Of a DNA stretch of 54,318 nt, positions 1 through 9,398 are shown piece after piece (position 1 is the first letter of the stretch; each line of letters begins with the position of its first letter). The notes beneath the pieces were generated by a model. It made no database searches, was not told the origin of the DNA, and saw only the letters and a list, made by a program, of their open reading frames with translations. The position numbers and the translations under genes were made by a program. This DNA is from a virus (taxonomy: Duplodnaviria; Caudoviricetes). Where the stretch lies: positions 1-54,318 of IMG/VR virus record IMGVR_UViG_3300009661_000074. One strand, 5' to 3'.

Positions 1-1197
1 TCATCCCGTCTTCCTCCTCAAGATGGTCAGCGCTGGCCCGCGAGAGTCAGTAGCTGATACTTTGTTCGCAGCCTCAATCAGATGCTGCAGCTCCGGGGTA
101 GAATAGTGGCTCGTAATGCTGCCGTTCTTATGCCCCAACAACGCTTTACGATCCTCCTCTGTCACGTTCGCAGCACGCAGCCTTCTGCCAAAGGTGTGCT
201 TCAAGTCGTGAATCCTGATCGATCTGAACCCAGGGTGTGCCGGTGAATGGTGGGCCTTCTCCCATTTGTCCGCAGCGCGCACCCTGGCTTTTTTCCAGGC
301 TGTGTCGTTCATTCGATGGATCGCTGTGGCCCCGAATTGGTTCGGTTGCCCGTAAGGGAACACCAGGTCCTTATGCAGCCCGCGTTGCTTATCGATGATG
401 TTCATCGCCACTTTGTTCAGGATCACCAGGCGGTCATCGCCGTTCTTCACTCCCGCTTTTTCACTTCGCCCGCCGAATCCGGCTGGTATCAGGAATACGC
501 TGGTGTTCAGGTCCGGTACCCGTATTTCCCATTCCCACCGCAATTTGCAGACTTCCTGTTCCCGGCAACCGGTGTTCACCTTGTAGAGGGCCATCCTCAA
601 CAGATGGTCAGGTAGTTCAGCGAACAGCACCGACTGCTCTTCCCACGAAATCGGATAAGGTTTTCGGCTCGCGCGCTTTTCTTCCAGCATCGATATCATC
701 GGGACACTCTCCAGCCAGGGTCGTTTTTCGGCATCGCGCCACTTGCGGTGACACAGGTTCAAGATCCTGACGACTCTTTGCAGAGCGATGTTGACCGTCC
801 TGTTCGATACCCCCGGTTTCACCTTGCCTTTTGCTGTCTTGGTGGGTTTCTGTCGATCCCGCACGAACGTGGCAAGTGTCCCGTCGTCGATGTGCGTTAT
901 CGGCAGGTCACCGATGTACGGGTCTAACTGCTCAAGATGCAAAGCGGATAAAGCAATTGACGCTTGGTCTCTGAACTCCACCAGGAACCGTGTCGCGGCC
1001 TCGCGCCAGGTTCGAACCTGACGCACGCCGTACACCTTTTCCTGCCTAAGCTTTTCGAGCCGGTGTATCAGGTACTGCTCCGCTTCTTCCCTTTCGCTTG
1101 TTCCAGTGCTTTCTTGAAGTCGCTGACCTCGGACGACTTTGTCGATGTGCCAAATGCCGTTCCTCTCATAGAGGCCTGACATTGTTTTTCGCGCCAT
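1..1197 (-). CDS. int: Phage integrase (tyrosine recombinase)
   Basis: 398 aa; TGCR, HDLKHTFGRRL, LLGH, ITSHY catalytic motifs; at prophage end. Confidence 0.93.
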   Translation of the reverse strand: MARKTMSGLYERNGIWHIDKVVRGQRLQESTGTSEREEAEQYLIHRLEKLRQEKVYGVRQVRTWREAATRFLVEFRDQASIALSALHLEQLDPYIGDLPITHIDDGTLATFVRDRQKPTKTAKGKVKPGVSNRTVNIALQRVVRILNLCHRKWRDAEKRPWLESVPMISMLEEKRASRKPYPISWEEQSVLFAELPDHLLRMALYKVNTGCREQEVCKLRWEWEIRVPDLNTSVFLIPAGFGGRSEKAGVKNGDDRLVILNKVAMNIIDKQRGLHKDLVFPYGQPNQFGATAIHRMNDTAWKKARVRAADKWEKAHHSPAHPGFRSIRIHDLKHTFGRRLRAANVTEEDRKALLGHKNGSITSHYSTPELQHLIEAANKVSATDSRGPALTILRRKTG

Positions 1198-1469
1198 TTA
1201 TTCACTCCTTGGCGCCCACTGCGGGGCGGATTGTTGTCTTCATTGCTCGCTTTTTCAATCGCCATTGACTCGATGTAATCGTCGGCCCACCGGTCCAGTT
1301 CATGCCGGTCAAAGGCAACTCCCTGTTTTCCAATAGGGAACTCCCGGACGTGGGGGCGGACAGTTGCTGTGAACTGTGCTCGGCACATTCCGAGATACGC
1401 CGGAGCTTTATGTGCCCGGATGAAGCGAGGCATGGTCTCAACGACCGTCGCTGCAGTTGTGTTGGCCAT
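1068..1469 (-). CDS. Putative excisionase/recombination directionality factor overlapping the int 5' end
   Basis: PRFIR..APAYLGM..FDRHELDRWAD resembles a winged-helix Xis; directly upstream of and overlapping int; GAGG RBS. Confidence 0.6.
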   Translation of the reverse strand: MANTTAATVVETMPRFIRAHKAPAYLGMCRAQFTATVRPHVREFPIGKQGVAFDRHELDRWADDYIESMAIEKASNEDNNPPRSGRQGVNKWREKQCQASMRGTAFGTSTKSSEVSDFKKALEQAKGKKRSST

Positions 1470-1556
1470 GTGGATACCTCGCCCGCCGACACTGGCAGGC
1501 CTTATTAAATGGAGGTAATCGAAGATCGGGGCTTGGTGATGATTTCGGCTATTCGT

Positions 1557-1766
1557 TCAGGGCGCCACGTTGGCGGCGGCAGCGGCCAGTACATCGAGCA
1601 GCAACTCTTGGCGCTTCTGTCCTTCGAGGTGCTGCCGTACTGCCTGGACAAAGATCGTATTCATGCTGACGCAGCCGGCGTCGGCGGCTTCTTCAACCTG
1701 CCTGCGCAGGCCATCGGGTAGACGAACAACGAATTTGTCTGCTTCACGGGATGGTGTGGTTTTCAT
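1557..1766 (-). CDS. Arc family ribbon-helix-helix DNA-binding protein
   Basis: SREADKFVVRLPDGLR..SMN Arc signature. Confidence 0.88.
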   Translation of the reverse strand: MKTTPSREADKFVVRLPDGLRRQVEEAADAGCVSMNTIFVQAVRQHLEGQKRQELLLDVLAAAAANVAP

Positions 1767-2116
1767 GGCAATGCCTTCTGAAGTACTTCAATGATTTCGC
1801 GGATGCCCTGGGCAAAGCTGGCGGGCTTGTTTGCGGTGGAGCGAGTCAGCCTGGAGATGACTTCCTTAATGCCGTGGGTCGTGCTGAGTTGGGTTCCAGC
1901 CGATTCCGCGATGTCGATGGCGTGCTGGCGGCCTTGCACCAGCTGATAGCGGTTGATCGGTCCTTGGGTGGCGGGCATCGACACTGCCGCAGTGATAGGG
2001 AGAGGTATCGGCTTTGGCGTGGGCGGTACTTGCCTAATGAGCTGTATCCGGCTTGCGGACGCCTCGGGTACTGACGAGCGGGCACGAGCCAGTGCTTGCT
2101 GGGCAAGTGGGGTCAT
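1763..2116 (-). CDS. Hypothetical phage protein
   Basis: 117 aa; AAGGA RBS; ATGA overlap with the Arc gene. Confidence 0.7.
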   Translation of the reverse strand: MTPLAQQALARARSSVPEASASRIQLIRQVPPTPKPIPLPITAAVSMPATQGPINRYQLVQGRQHAIDIAESAGTQLSTTHGIKEVISRLTRSTANKPASFAQGIREIIEVLQKALP

Positions 2117-2222
2117 ATAGGGGTTTCCTTTACGCGAATTACTTCGCCGGTAGTCGGTGAGTTGAATGGAATCGGGGAGGGCGATCTAAGCTGGAAATGC
2201 AGCATGGAGGAGGGAATCAACC

Positions 2223-2453
2223 ATGAGCGAAGACAGCGAAATGGAGTTGAAACAAGCCTTAATCACCGTCATCGCGACGGCGGCATGCATGGGTATTGAT
2301 GTGGACGTGCTATGCCAAGAAGCAAGTGAAGCGTTATCTGACACACGCCAGGCGTATTGGTTAAAACAATTCGTTCCGGGCGCAATAGATCAGATTCGAC
2401 ATTGCACTGCTTACGCCAAAGGCTTTGATCTGGTGGATGGCGATTTGGATTGA
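2223..2453 (+). CDS. Hypothetical protein (opposite-strand moron)
   Basis: 76 aa; strong GAGGGA RBS; fills the gap between minus-strand genes. Confidence 0.65.
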   Translation: MSEDSEMELKQALITVIATAACMGIDVDVLCQEASEALSDTRQAYWLKQFVPGAIDQIRHCTAYAKGFDLVDGDLD

Positions 2454-2472
2454 GGAACGGGACAAGGGGCAG

Positions 2473-4542
2473 TTATGCAGCTCGAGCTTGGCGCTTTTCT
2501 GCGCGCCACGGATCGTTTGCCCGGGCCAGTGCTGCCATCGGTGGCGGCGAGACACTGTTGCCGCACATGTGCACCTTCTGCGTGATTGTGAACGGAACGC
2601 CGTCGGCGCCGTAATCGATGATGTAGTCACGCGGAAAGCCTTGGGCTCGATACAGCTCGGGCGGCTTGATCATCCGAAGGCAGATGTCGACGATCACGTA
2701 AGGCGTGCCCTTTACCAGCACTGTTACCAAGCCTATGCGGTCCTTGGTGGTGATGGTAGGCGCTGGCGAGTCGCAGCCGCTGATGTTATCGGTGCCGTAA
2801 TAGCTGATCAGGAAAGCCGCGACGCGCAGCGCGCCCGCTTCATGCTCTGACGACAAGCGCAGCGAAACCACCGAGCTTTTGCCGCCACCACCTGCTGTGA
2901 TGGTGGGGGCCGGTTCATCCAGAGCCTGGCCGACGCTGTTGCCGAACTGGCGCTCCATGAATGCCGTGACCAGGCCGTGGTGCTGGCCGCCGGCGCTGAT
3001 GGTGTGCAGTGGCTCGGCGACGTCTCGGGCATCACAGTTGCCGCGCAGGTGGACCAGTTGAGCCGCCACCAGCTGCTGCTGGCTGCCGGTGCTGGTGACG
3101 GTTGTCATCGGCTCGTCTGCGCCCTTGGCGACCGTGGTATTGAAGCCGCCGTTCATCTGCGCGATGAATGCGGTTGCCAAGGCGTATTTCCCGCCAGAGG
3201 CCATGATCGTGCCCAGCGGTTTCGCCATGTCAGCCGTGCGCGGGGCACTACCTGGTTTATCGCCATTGCCCAGCTGGACCAGCGCAGCGGCGGCCAGACC
3301 TTTGTGGTTCTGCGTGAGGACCGTGCCGATAGGTTGGTCTGCCGGGGAGGGCTTGCCCGAGTATTCAGGACCACCAGTGCCGACCAGAACAGGGCTGATC
3401 AGTGTCAGTTCGCCCCGGTTGGCACAAGTGATCGTCGGCAGCGGCTCTAGGGGATCATTGATACGGTCGCTGCCCTGGTGAGTTGCAGGTGCAATGATCG
3501 GGCTGACAACCGAGAACGAGCCGCCCTTGGGGTATGACGTGATGGTGCGCAGCGGCTCGTTCGTAGACTGGACGTTCCCGACCGACCAGTTCGCGATCGG
3601 CACAATGAACGGGTCGGCGCTGTCGATGACAAACTTCTTCATACCCTTGGCGATGCGCCGCAGGGTGGCGGGGGCCAGGTCCTTCTTGCGGCCGAAGATG
3701 CTCCGGCCCAAGTCGCTGAAGTCGATGCATTCGGCAGCAGTGCGGTACTTCTGCTGGCCCTTTACGGGGCTCTTCGCGTGCGTGGGCTCCGGCCATACGA
3801 TTGGCTGTCCGTCGCAGCGGGCGATCATGAACAGGCGTTCACGGCTGGTGGGTGCGCCAAAATCACAGGCCTTAATGATTCGCCACTCGACCTGATAGCC
3901 CATGCCCTCCAGCAGGGCCACGAAGCGGCGCCAGGTAGTGCCCCGGCGTTTTGGGTCGGGTACCAAGAACTGCTGACCGACCGGAACAATCTCGCCCGGC
4001 TCTGCAACCACCCTCTGAATGATTTCCTTTTTCTTCGGGCCAATGACCGTCACCAGCTTGATGACGCGGCCGGTGGCCGGGTCACGTTTGGCGATCAATG
4101 GACCCCACTGCAGGATCTGCTTCACGTTTTCGAGGCTGATTACCCGGGGCTTTTTCTTGCCTCCCCATTTGAGCCCGATCCATGAAAGGTTGCGGATTTC
4201 GCGCTTACGTGGCTGGCCGCCAGCGGCCTGGCTGTGGTGGGTGCAGTCCGGCGACATGTGGAACCATCCCACAGCCCGGCCACCGCATTCCGTATCCGGA
4301 TCACCCTCGAAAACGTCCGTGGTGAAGTGCTTGGTGCCGGGATGATTGACGGTGTGCATGCTGATCGCCGCCGGGCTGTGGTTCTTGGCCACATCGACCT
4401 TGCGGCCCAGACCCATTTCCAGACCGGTACCGGCGCCGCCACCCCCGCAGAAGAAGTCGACAACGATTTCATCGTCTTGAGGGTTGAAGCCGAGTCCGTA
4501 TTGCGTTTTGAAATCGAAGGGAGGTTTCTGAAATGCGGTCAT
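2473..4542 (-). CDS. DNA (cytosine-5)-methyltransferase, phage type
   Basis: Motif I FCGGGG, catalytic SPDC, motif VI ENV, motif VIII RERLF, motif X GNSV. Confidence 0.93.
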   Translation of the reverse strand: MTAFQKPPFDFKTQYGLGFNPQDDEIVVDFFCGGGGAGTGLEMGLGRKVDVAKNHSPAAISMHTVNHPGTKHFTTDVFEGDPDTECGGRAVGWFHMSPDCTHHSQAAGGQPRKREIRNLSWIGLKWGGKKKPRVISLENVKQILQWGPLIAKRDPATGRVIKLVTVIGPKKKEIIQRVVAEPGEIVPVGQQFLVPDPKRRGTTWRRFVALLEGMGYQVEWRIIKACDFGAPTSRERLFMIARCDGQPIVWPEPTHAKSPVKGQQKYRTAAECIDFSDLGRSIFGRKKDLAPATLRRIAKGMKKFVIDSADPFIVPIANWSVGNVQSTNEPLRTITSYPKGGSFSVVSPIIAPATHQGSDRINDPLEPLPTITCANRGELTLISPVLVGTGGPEYSGKPSPADQPIGTVLTQNHKGLAAAALVQLGNGDKPGSAPRTADMAKPLGTIMASGGKYALATAFIAQMNGGFNTTVAKGADEPMTTVTSTGSQQQLVAAQLVHLRGNCDARDVAEPLHTISAGGQHHGLVTAFMERQFGNSVGQALDEPAPTITAGGGGKSSVVSLRLSSEHEAGALRVAAFLISYYGTDNISGCDSPAPTITTKDRIGLVTVLVKGTPYVIVDICLRMIKPPELYRAQGFPRDYIIDYGADGVPFTITQKVHMCGNSVSPPPMAALARANDPWRAEKRQARAA

Positions 4543-4642
4543 GGGGCGTCCTCGCCTGGGTGGTGGCGTGATTCGTTGAAGTGGGGGAAGTGCCGTTCGG
4601 CGCCGCTCAGCTACAGTTGAACGACTAATAGCGGAGGTGATT

Positions 4643-4882
4643 ATGGAATGCGTGATCTGCAGGATTGATGTTCGACAACAGCTTGAGAATGATGAGAGCG
4701 GTTATTCGGCAGTGTGCGGCGATTGCGGGCCATACAAGATTGACCCCGCCGTAATGCGGTTCATTAATCAGGGGCGACAACTGCATGCCGGTCTAACTAA
4801 AGCCTGGCTAGCGGAGAGCTACGACGTCCACTCAAACCCGATCCCTATAATCACAATACAAAATGCGAAATGGGCGAGCTGA
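4643..4882 (+). CDS. Small zinc-ribbon hypothetical protein (opposite-strand moron)
   Basis: CVIC..CGDC pairs; GGAGG RBS before ATG 4643. Confidence 0.65.
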   Translation: MECVICRIDVRQQLENDESGYSAVCGDCGPYKIDPAVMRFINQGRQLHAGLTKAWLAESYDVHSNPIPIITIQNAKWAS

Positions 4883-4894
4883 ATTGACGACCCT

Positions 4895-5766
4895 TTAGTC
4901 GCCGCAAAAACAATCTATGGATTCGTCGTGCTCGGCGAACATATCGATCTGGATATCGGAATAGTCGAGCATCTGCTGGTAGCTGGGCCGGTCGAAACGG
5001 AACAGTGCGCCTTCACCGGTAGTTCCGTTACTCGACTTGGCGTTTCGTTCCTGTCGAGCCCACCAGTCGCCCTTACGCTCTGGCTGCCCCTGATCACTTG
5101 CGATGATCGAATAGACCTGCTTGGCGCCCTTCAGGAAGCACAAGTCGCAGTTGCCTTCTAGCGTCCGGCCGTTGATCGTCGACAGCATCAGGTCAAAAGG
5201 CTGTGCCGCCCAGAAGTCAGTGACATCCTGAACGCCGACCCCGGCGTCAGCCAGGGGCACGATCATCGTGGCGTGCTTACTCTCGCTGGTGCTGCCACGA
5301 TTTTGCGGATCTTGGCAACCCGGCGCGGCTCATCGGCGCGAATGCCAGTCATCATGTCCACCGGCTCATCCTCCGTCGAAAGGCCCAAGCTGCGCAGGTA
5401 CTTGTGGATGATCCTGATTTTCAGGTCGATGGTGCAAAAGCGGGTGACGGGGTTCGGCAGATAGCTGCGCTTCTTGATCAGGGCTTCGAATGGCTCGCCC
5501 TGGCGGCTGGCGCTGGCGAAGTCTACGACCGCAAAACCCGTCTCATCATCTCGAAACTCTAGCCATGTGATCGGCACCCCCCATCGTTCGGCACAGTCCT
5601 GCACGAAAGCCAAGGTTGCCGAGTGTTCTTTACCGGTGTTGGCGAACAGCACCAGTAGGTCGCTGTGATCCTCGTTGGCATCCAGCACCTGGCGCAGCAT
5701 GTAGGCGCTGGTGCGGCCGCCGGAAAAACTCACGACGGTCTTGCCGCGCAGGGCATAGGGGCTCAT
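4895..5766 (-). pseudogene. PAPS reductase/PP-loop family protein split by a frameshift near 5301-5304
   Basis: N-part has SFSGGRTS, NTGKEH, RFCT, GIRADE; C-part has GNCDLCFLK and terminal CFCGD; the alternative frame RGSTSESKHATMIVPL links the halves. Confidence 0.8.
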
Positions 5767-5847
5767 CGGGCATCCTCGCCATTGGCGTGATTCGGGGTTA
5801 TGGGCTATTGCTTATGGCCCGGCATGGAGCCGGATCAAGGAGAAAAA

Positions 5848-6162
5848 ATGTCAGTAAAAATTGATCTAAGTGGCCTGAAAAAGCTGACCCAGAACGCAAA
5901 GGAGCTTGATGGCACCCATACGGTTAGGCTGGTAGATATGCTTAGTCCGGAATTCGTCTCGTCACACAGCAAATTCGCGGATCTTAATGACCTCTTTGCC
6001 GCGTCCGGCTTTAAAATTGATAGCCCTGAGGATTTTGTAGCAATACCAGATGATCAGTGGGACGCATTCATTGCAAAAAGTACTGATTTCGGGAGCTGGC
6101 TTGAAATGCAGAAATCCGGCCATCTCCATTATGTGAAGGCGAAACTTCACAAGGGGCTTTAA
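5848..6162 (+). CDS. Hypothetical protein (AT-rich moron, gene 1)
   Basis: 104 aa from ATG 5848 after AAGGAG. Confidence 0.75.
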   Translation: MSVKIDLSGLKKLTQNAKELDGTHTVRLVDMLSPEFVSSHSKFADLNDLFAASGFKIDSPEDFVAIPDDQWDAFIAKSTDFGSWLEMQKSGHLHYVKAKLHKGL

Positions 6163-6263
6163 AGGATCTTTTTCAGCACATAACTTCGTCGCTTGCGTAG
6201 CAGCAGGCTTTGGAGTTATAGGCTGTAAAGTAAAAGGCTTAATTTATAGGACTTAATATTCAT

Positions 6264-6983
6264 ATGTCTGCAAAGGATTTTCGTGAGAAAGGGTTTCTGT
6301 CCGATTATGTTTACGAGTACAGGGATGAGATCAGGGGAAAGTATGCAGGCGAATTTTCTGAATGTGAGGAAATATCCTTCAAGGCCCATCAGCTATTTTT
6401 GAAAACAAGTGTTAAGGATACCGATAGGCCCTTGCTCTGCTCATTGCTATTCTTCGATAGAACGATTAGAACAGCACAGGCTGCAATAAGACTTTGTGAG
6501 ATTGGCTTAGTACAGGAGGCCCAGATCCTCGTTAGGACCTCTTATGAAACTGTACTTCATGCATCAGCCCTACTAAAACAACCTGACATATTTAAAAAAA
6601 TTGGTGATCTAGAAGTTTTTGAAGATACCAAGCAAGCAAGGGCTATGCTTGACGACATTCCATCAGAAGAGCTAACCGAATTAGATAGGGAAGATCTCGA
6701 AGAATTTTTGCATAAAGACGGGAAAAAGAATTTTACAGTGTACAGTTCGGCAGCAATAGCGGGAATGGAAAATCTGTATAGCGTAGTCTATCGAAGCCTT
6801 TCGTCATCGGCTGTGCATGCTACATTTCGCTCGTTAGACAGGTCACTTGATGAGGAGGAAAGTGGGCTTACCTTATACGTTGGTCCGACGGAGAATCAGC
6901 TTATATTTACGTTGAGTCTTATCGCTCAGTGCCTAAATATTTCCATGCAGGGCTTGAATGATATAAACGAAAAGAGTTCTTGA
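6264..6983 (+). CDS. Alpha-helical hypothetical protein, DUF5677-like (AT-rich moron, gene 2)
   Basis: 239 aa; EAQILVRTSYE and YRSLSSSAVH motifs recall DUF5677; family call from memory. Confidence 0.6.
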   Translation: MSAKDFREKGFLSDYVYEYRDEIRGKYAGEFSECEEISFKAHQLFLKTSVKDTDRPLLCSLLFFDRTIRTAQAAIRLCEIGLVQEAQILVRTSYETVLHASALLKQPDIFKKIGDLEVFEDTKQARAMLDDIPSEELTELDREDLEEFLHKDGKKNFTVYSSAAIAGMENLYSVVYRSLSSSAVHATFRSLDRSLDEEESGLTLYVGPTENQLIFTLSLIAQCLNISMQGLNDINEKSS

Positions 6984-7003
6984 GAGTATTCGCTGCAGCT
7001 GGC

Positions 7004-7201
7004 TTATGCGCTCCAGCGAGTGCGGTACTGAACAATGTCCCGAACAGTTGTGATGCCGCAGCTGTAGCGTCGGGACAATTCCACATAGCCGCCCAGGCCG
7101 GCGTCATAGTCGGCGCGCATGGCGGCTACTTGCGCGTCGGTGAGTTTCGCTTTCTGGTGGCATGCTCCGCAGCGGTGGCCGGTATGGTTTCTGGTGATCA
7201 T
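7004..7201 (-). CDS. Small HTH-like protein
   Basis: HQKAKLTDAQV..ELSRRYSCGITTVRDIV..RTRW resembles a phage HTH module; ATGA overlap with upstream gene. Confidence 0.65.
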   Translation of the reverse strand: MITRNHTGHRCGACHQKAKLTDAQVAAMRADYDAGLGGYVELSRRYSCGITTVRDIVQYRTRWSA

Positions 7202-7449
7202 GCTGGCCCCACCTTCAGAACGATGTGGACCGGTCCCTCGCGCATGTTGCCGTCGACCTTGCCGTCGAGTTGCGCGATTTCCTTCTTGGTTAGGTTTTTC
7301 CATTTGGCGATAACGAAGTCGCCCTTCAGCACTGGCATCGGGTGCATGGCGCTGCCCGGCCCGTAGCTGTATCCGTTGTCAGCCAGCCACTTCTCGGCCG
7401 CGTAAAGCGCCTGGAAGGTGCCGGGCTCGGTGAATGTCTTCGTGAACAT
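7198..7449 (-). CDS. Hypothetical phage protein
   Basis: 83 aa; AGGAG RBS. Confidence 0.7.
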   Translation of the reverse strand: MFTKTFTEPGTFQALYAAEKWLADNGYSYGPGSAMHPMPVLKGDFVIAKWKNLTKKEIAQLDGKVDGNMREGPVHIVLKVGPA

Positions 7450-7505
7450 CGGTTTCTCCTGCTAATAAATGGGTCACCCATTCGCTTGAATAGGTGACCT
7501 ATTCG

Positions 7506-8318
7506 TTACGCCGCGAAGCTACCCAGCGAGAGCTTCGCCGCAGCCCCGATCTTGTCTTCCAGCACCGCCTTGAATTCCTGCGCAATCGACTCACGCTGAA
7601 CTTCTTCGCCGATCCAGCGCAGTTTGAGGATCGGGTGCGGGCCGCTGGTGATCACGGTCACGCGCAGACGAATTTCCTGCTGGATCAACCCTTCGAACGG
7701 GATGACGTTGAACAGCAGTGCCGTGGGCAACGTTTCCTTGCTCTTGGCTTCGATCTGGTCCATTGCGCTGCGGCTGGCGCTGGTATCGCCGACAGTGGTT
7801 TCCGACTCACTGGTAGCTTTTACCGTGATGGTGCGGACCGCCGCGATAGCCTTGCTCAGCGGAACCGGATTATCGTCTGCGTCGACCGGCGTCAGGTACT
7901 GGTGCCAGTCTTCGATCCAGTCGCTCAGGTCCTTTTGGCTCATCGGGCTACTGGCGATTTCTTGAACCGCCTTGTAACCGGCGGTGGCTTTCAGCTTCAG
8001 CACGGCGCGGTCGTCGGCGTGGCCCGGCGTCTCGGCGTCGCCGATGTTGAACAGCACGTTGCAGCTCATGCCGTCTTGATCAATGAAGCCGCGGGCGCCT
8101 GCCGCAGCCCGGTCCGCAACGTAGACGCTGTAGTCCGCCAGGGAATGTGTGGAGAACACACCACGGAAGCGGCTACGGCCTTTCTGGAATTTCTCCAGAT
8201 CCAGCACTTTTGCGCCTTCGGGGATGACGGCGGTCGGTGTGAACGTGTCGAGCGTCTTGCCGGTGGCCAGCAGGGCGTTGTCGTTGATGAGCTGGATTGC
8301 TTCTTTCGTGAGGGACAT
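7506..8318 (-). CDS. DUF2303/YfdQ family protein
   Basis: 270 aa; RSRFRGVFST, PGHADDRAVL, DWIEDW motifs; paired with the upstream YfdP-like gene. Confidence 0.85.
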   Translation of the reverse strand: MSLTKEAIQLINDNALLATGKTLDTFTPTAVIPEGAKVLDLEKFQKGRSRFRGVFSTHSLADYSVYVADRAAAGARGFIDQDGMSCNVLFNIGDAETPGHADDRAVLKLKATAGYKAVQEIASSPMSQKDLSDWIEDWHQYLTPVDADDNPVPLSKAIAAVRTITVKATSESETTVGDTSASRSAMDQIEAKSKETLPTALLFNVIPFEGLIQQEIRLRVTVITSGPHPILKLRWIGEEVQRESIAQEFKAVLEDKIGAAAKLSLGSFAA

Positions 8319-8357
8319 GTGTCAGGTCTCGATGGGGAGGGAGGTTGTTGCGGTGGA

Positions 8358-8705
8358 TCAGGTACGGGGATTGATCGGCGCCTGGTCTCGGGTGAACAAC
8401 TGATCGTGCTTCTCAGCGAACAGCGTTACCCGGCCGCCGGTGCCGACGTGCATTGGGGTATCCAGGGCGGTGTTCTCGCTGCGGGTACCGCGTTTGGTCG
8501 GCACCTTGTAGTCGAGCTTGTGCTTGATCTTCACTTGGCTGGATTCGCCGATCTGGGAGAAGTCCAGAGTGATGACCAGTTTCCCGGCCTTGCCGTGATC
8601 AACCACCCCCGCGGCGACTTCGGAAAGGGCATGGCCGATCTGGCTGGCGAACGCGCCGCCGTTCAATTCGTTGAGGAACTCGGTTGTATCGGTAGCAGTG
8701 GACAT
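8358..8705 (-). CDS. YfdP-like phage protein
   Basis: MSTATDTTEFLNELNGG..TPMHVGTGGRVTLF; GGAG RBS; usual partner of DUF2303. Confidence 0.78.
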   Translation of the reverse strand: MSTATDTTEFLNELNGGAFASQIGHALSEVAAGVVDHGKAGKLVITLDFSQIGESSQVKIKHKLDYKVPTKRGTRSENTALDTPMHVGTGGRVTLFAEKHDQLFTRDQAPINPRT

Positions 8706-8802
8706 AGGGTTTTCTCCGGCTTGGCCAATAGGCCGCTGGGTGGGAGGTGGAGTTGTGGTTGTCGGCGCCGCTGGGTTGCCTTGGTACTGGGCGATCTGCG
8801 CA

Positions 8803-8994
8803 TCAGGACTTGGTTTTGAGGCGCGGGTCTTTGAGTGCGGGCGGTGGAGAGACAGCGCCAGTAATCCGCTTATCACCGGTCACCCCACGGGGTATCTGCT
8901 GCACTGAGTGCCCAGTCGCGAAAAAAACGGTGATCTGATCGTTGAGATCGGCAGTGACCTTTGCGCGAGGATCCGCAATTGGGTCGCCGATCAT
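8803..8994 (-). CDS. Hypothetical phage protein (possibly truncated)
   Basis: 63 aa; ATGA-coupled to the upstream ORF. Confidence 0.5.
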   Translation of the reverse strand: MIGDPIADPRAKVTADLNDQITVFFATGHSVQQIPRGVTGDKRITGAVSPPPALKDPRLKTKS

Positions 8995-9272
8995 TTCGAG
9001 CCACCTGGTACGAATGCGGTAGTTGCAGCCTTCGCCTCCAAGCTCTTGGCCAATTCGACGGCCGCGTTATGCGTGAAGCGAAACCCGCGAGTTTTGCCGC
9101 TGATACGATCCACAATGTGGTACGCGCTGGGCCCGACTGTCCGCACCTGGTAGCGTAGCGGCTGAGGTGGTTGCTCCCGACCAATCATTGCAAAAAGCTC
9201 GACGGAAGCGGATTTGACTCGGGCGCGCATGGCGTTCAAGCCATCCACGCGCTGTTGTAGTTTTTGGTGCAT
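8991..9272 (-). CDS. Hypothetical phage protein
   Basis: 93 aa; purine-rich RBS; directly downstream of a long hairpin. Confidence 0.7.
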   Translation of the reverse strand: MHQKLQQRVDGLNAMRARVKSASVELFAMIGREQPPQPLRYQVRTVGPSAYHIVDRISGKTRGFRFTHNAAVELAKSLEAKAATTAFVPGGSK

Positions 9273-9374
9273 GGCCTTTCCCTTTTTTAGTTCGCGTTTA
9301 TTCGTCAGCGCTCTTGATGCCTGCTGCTTGCCGTTGGGCGCAGGGGAGAGTGCTGACGAATAAATGCGGGCAAT

Positions 9375-9398
9375 AAAAAGCCCGGTCGAAACCGGGCT
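9375..9398 (-). terminator. Rho-independent terminator in the leftward operon
   Basis: Minus strand AGCCCGG-TTTCGA-CCGGGCT followed by a T-run. Confidence 0.75.

Noticed and set aside
2473-4542. Restriction-modification system
   Set aside because: No cognate restriction endonuclease recognisable next to either methyltransferase
7494-8819. 441-aa plus-strand ORF
   Set aside because: Antisense shadow of the DUF2303/YfdP-like genes; no motifs
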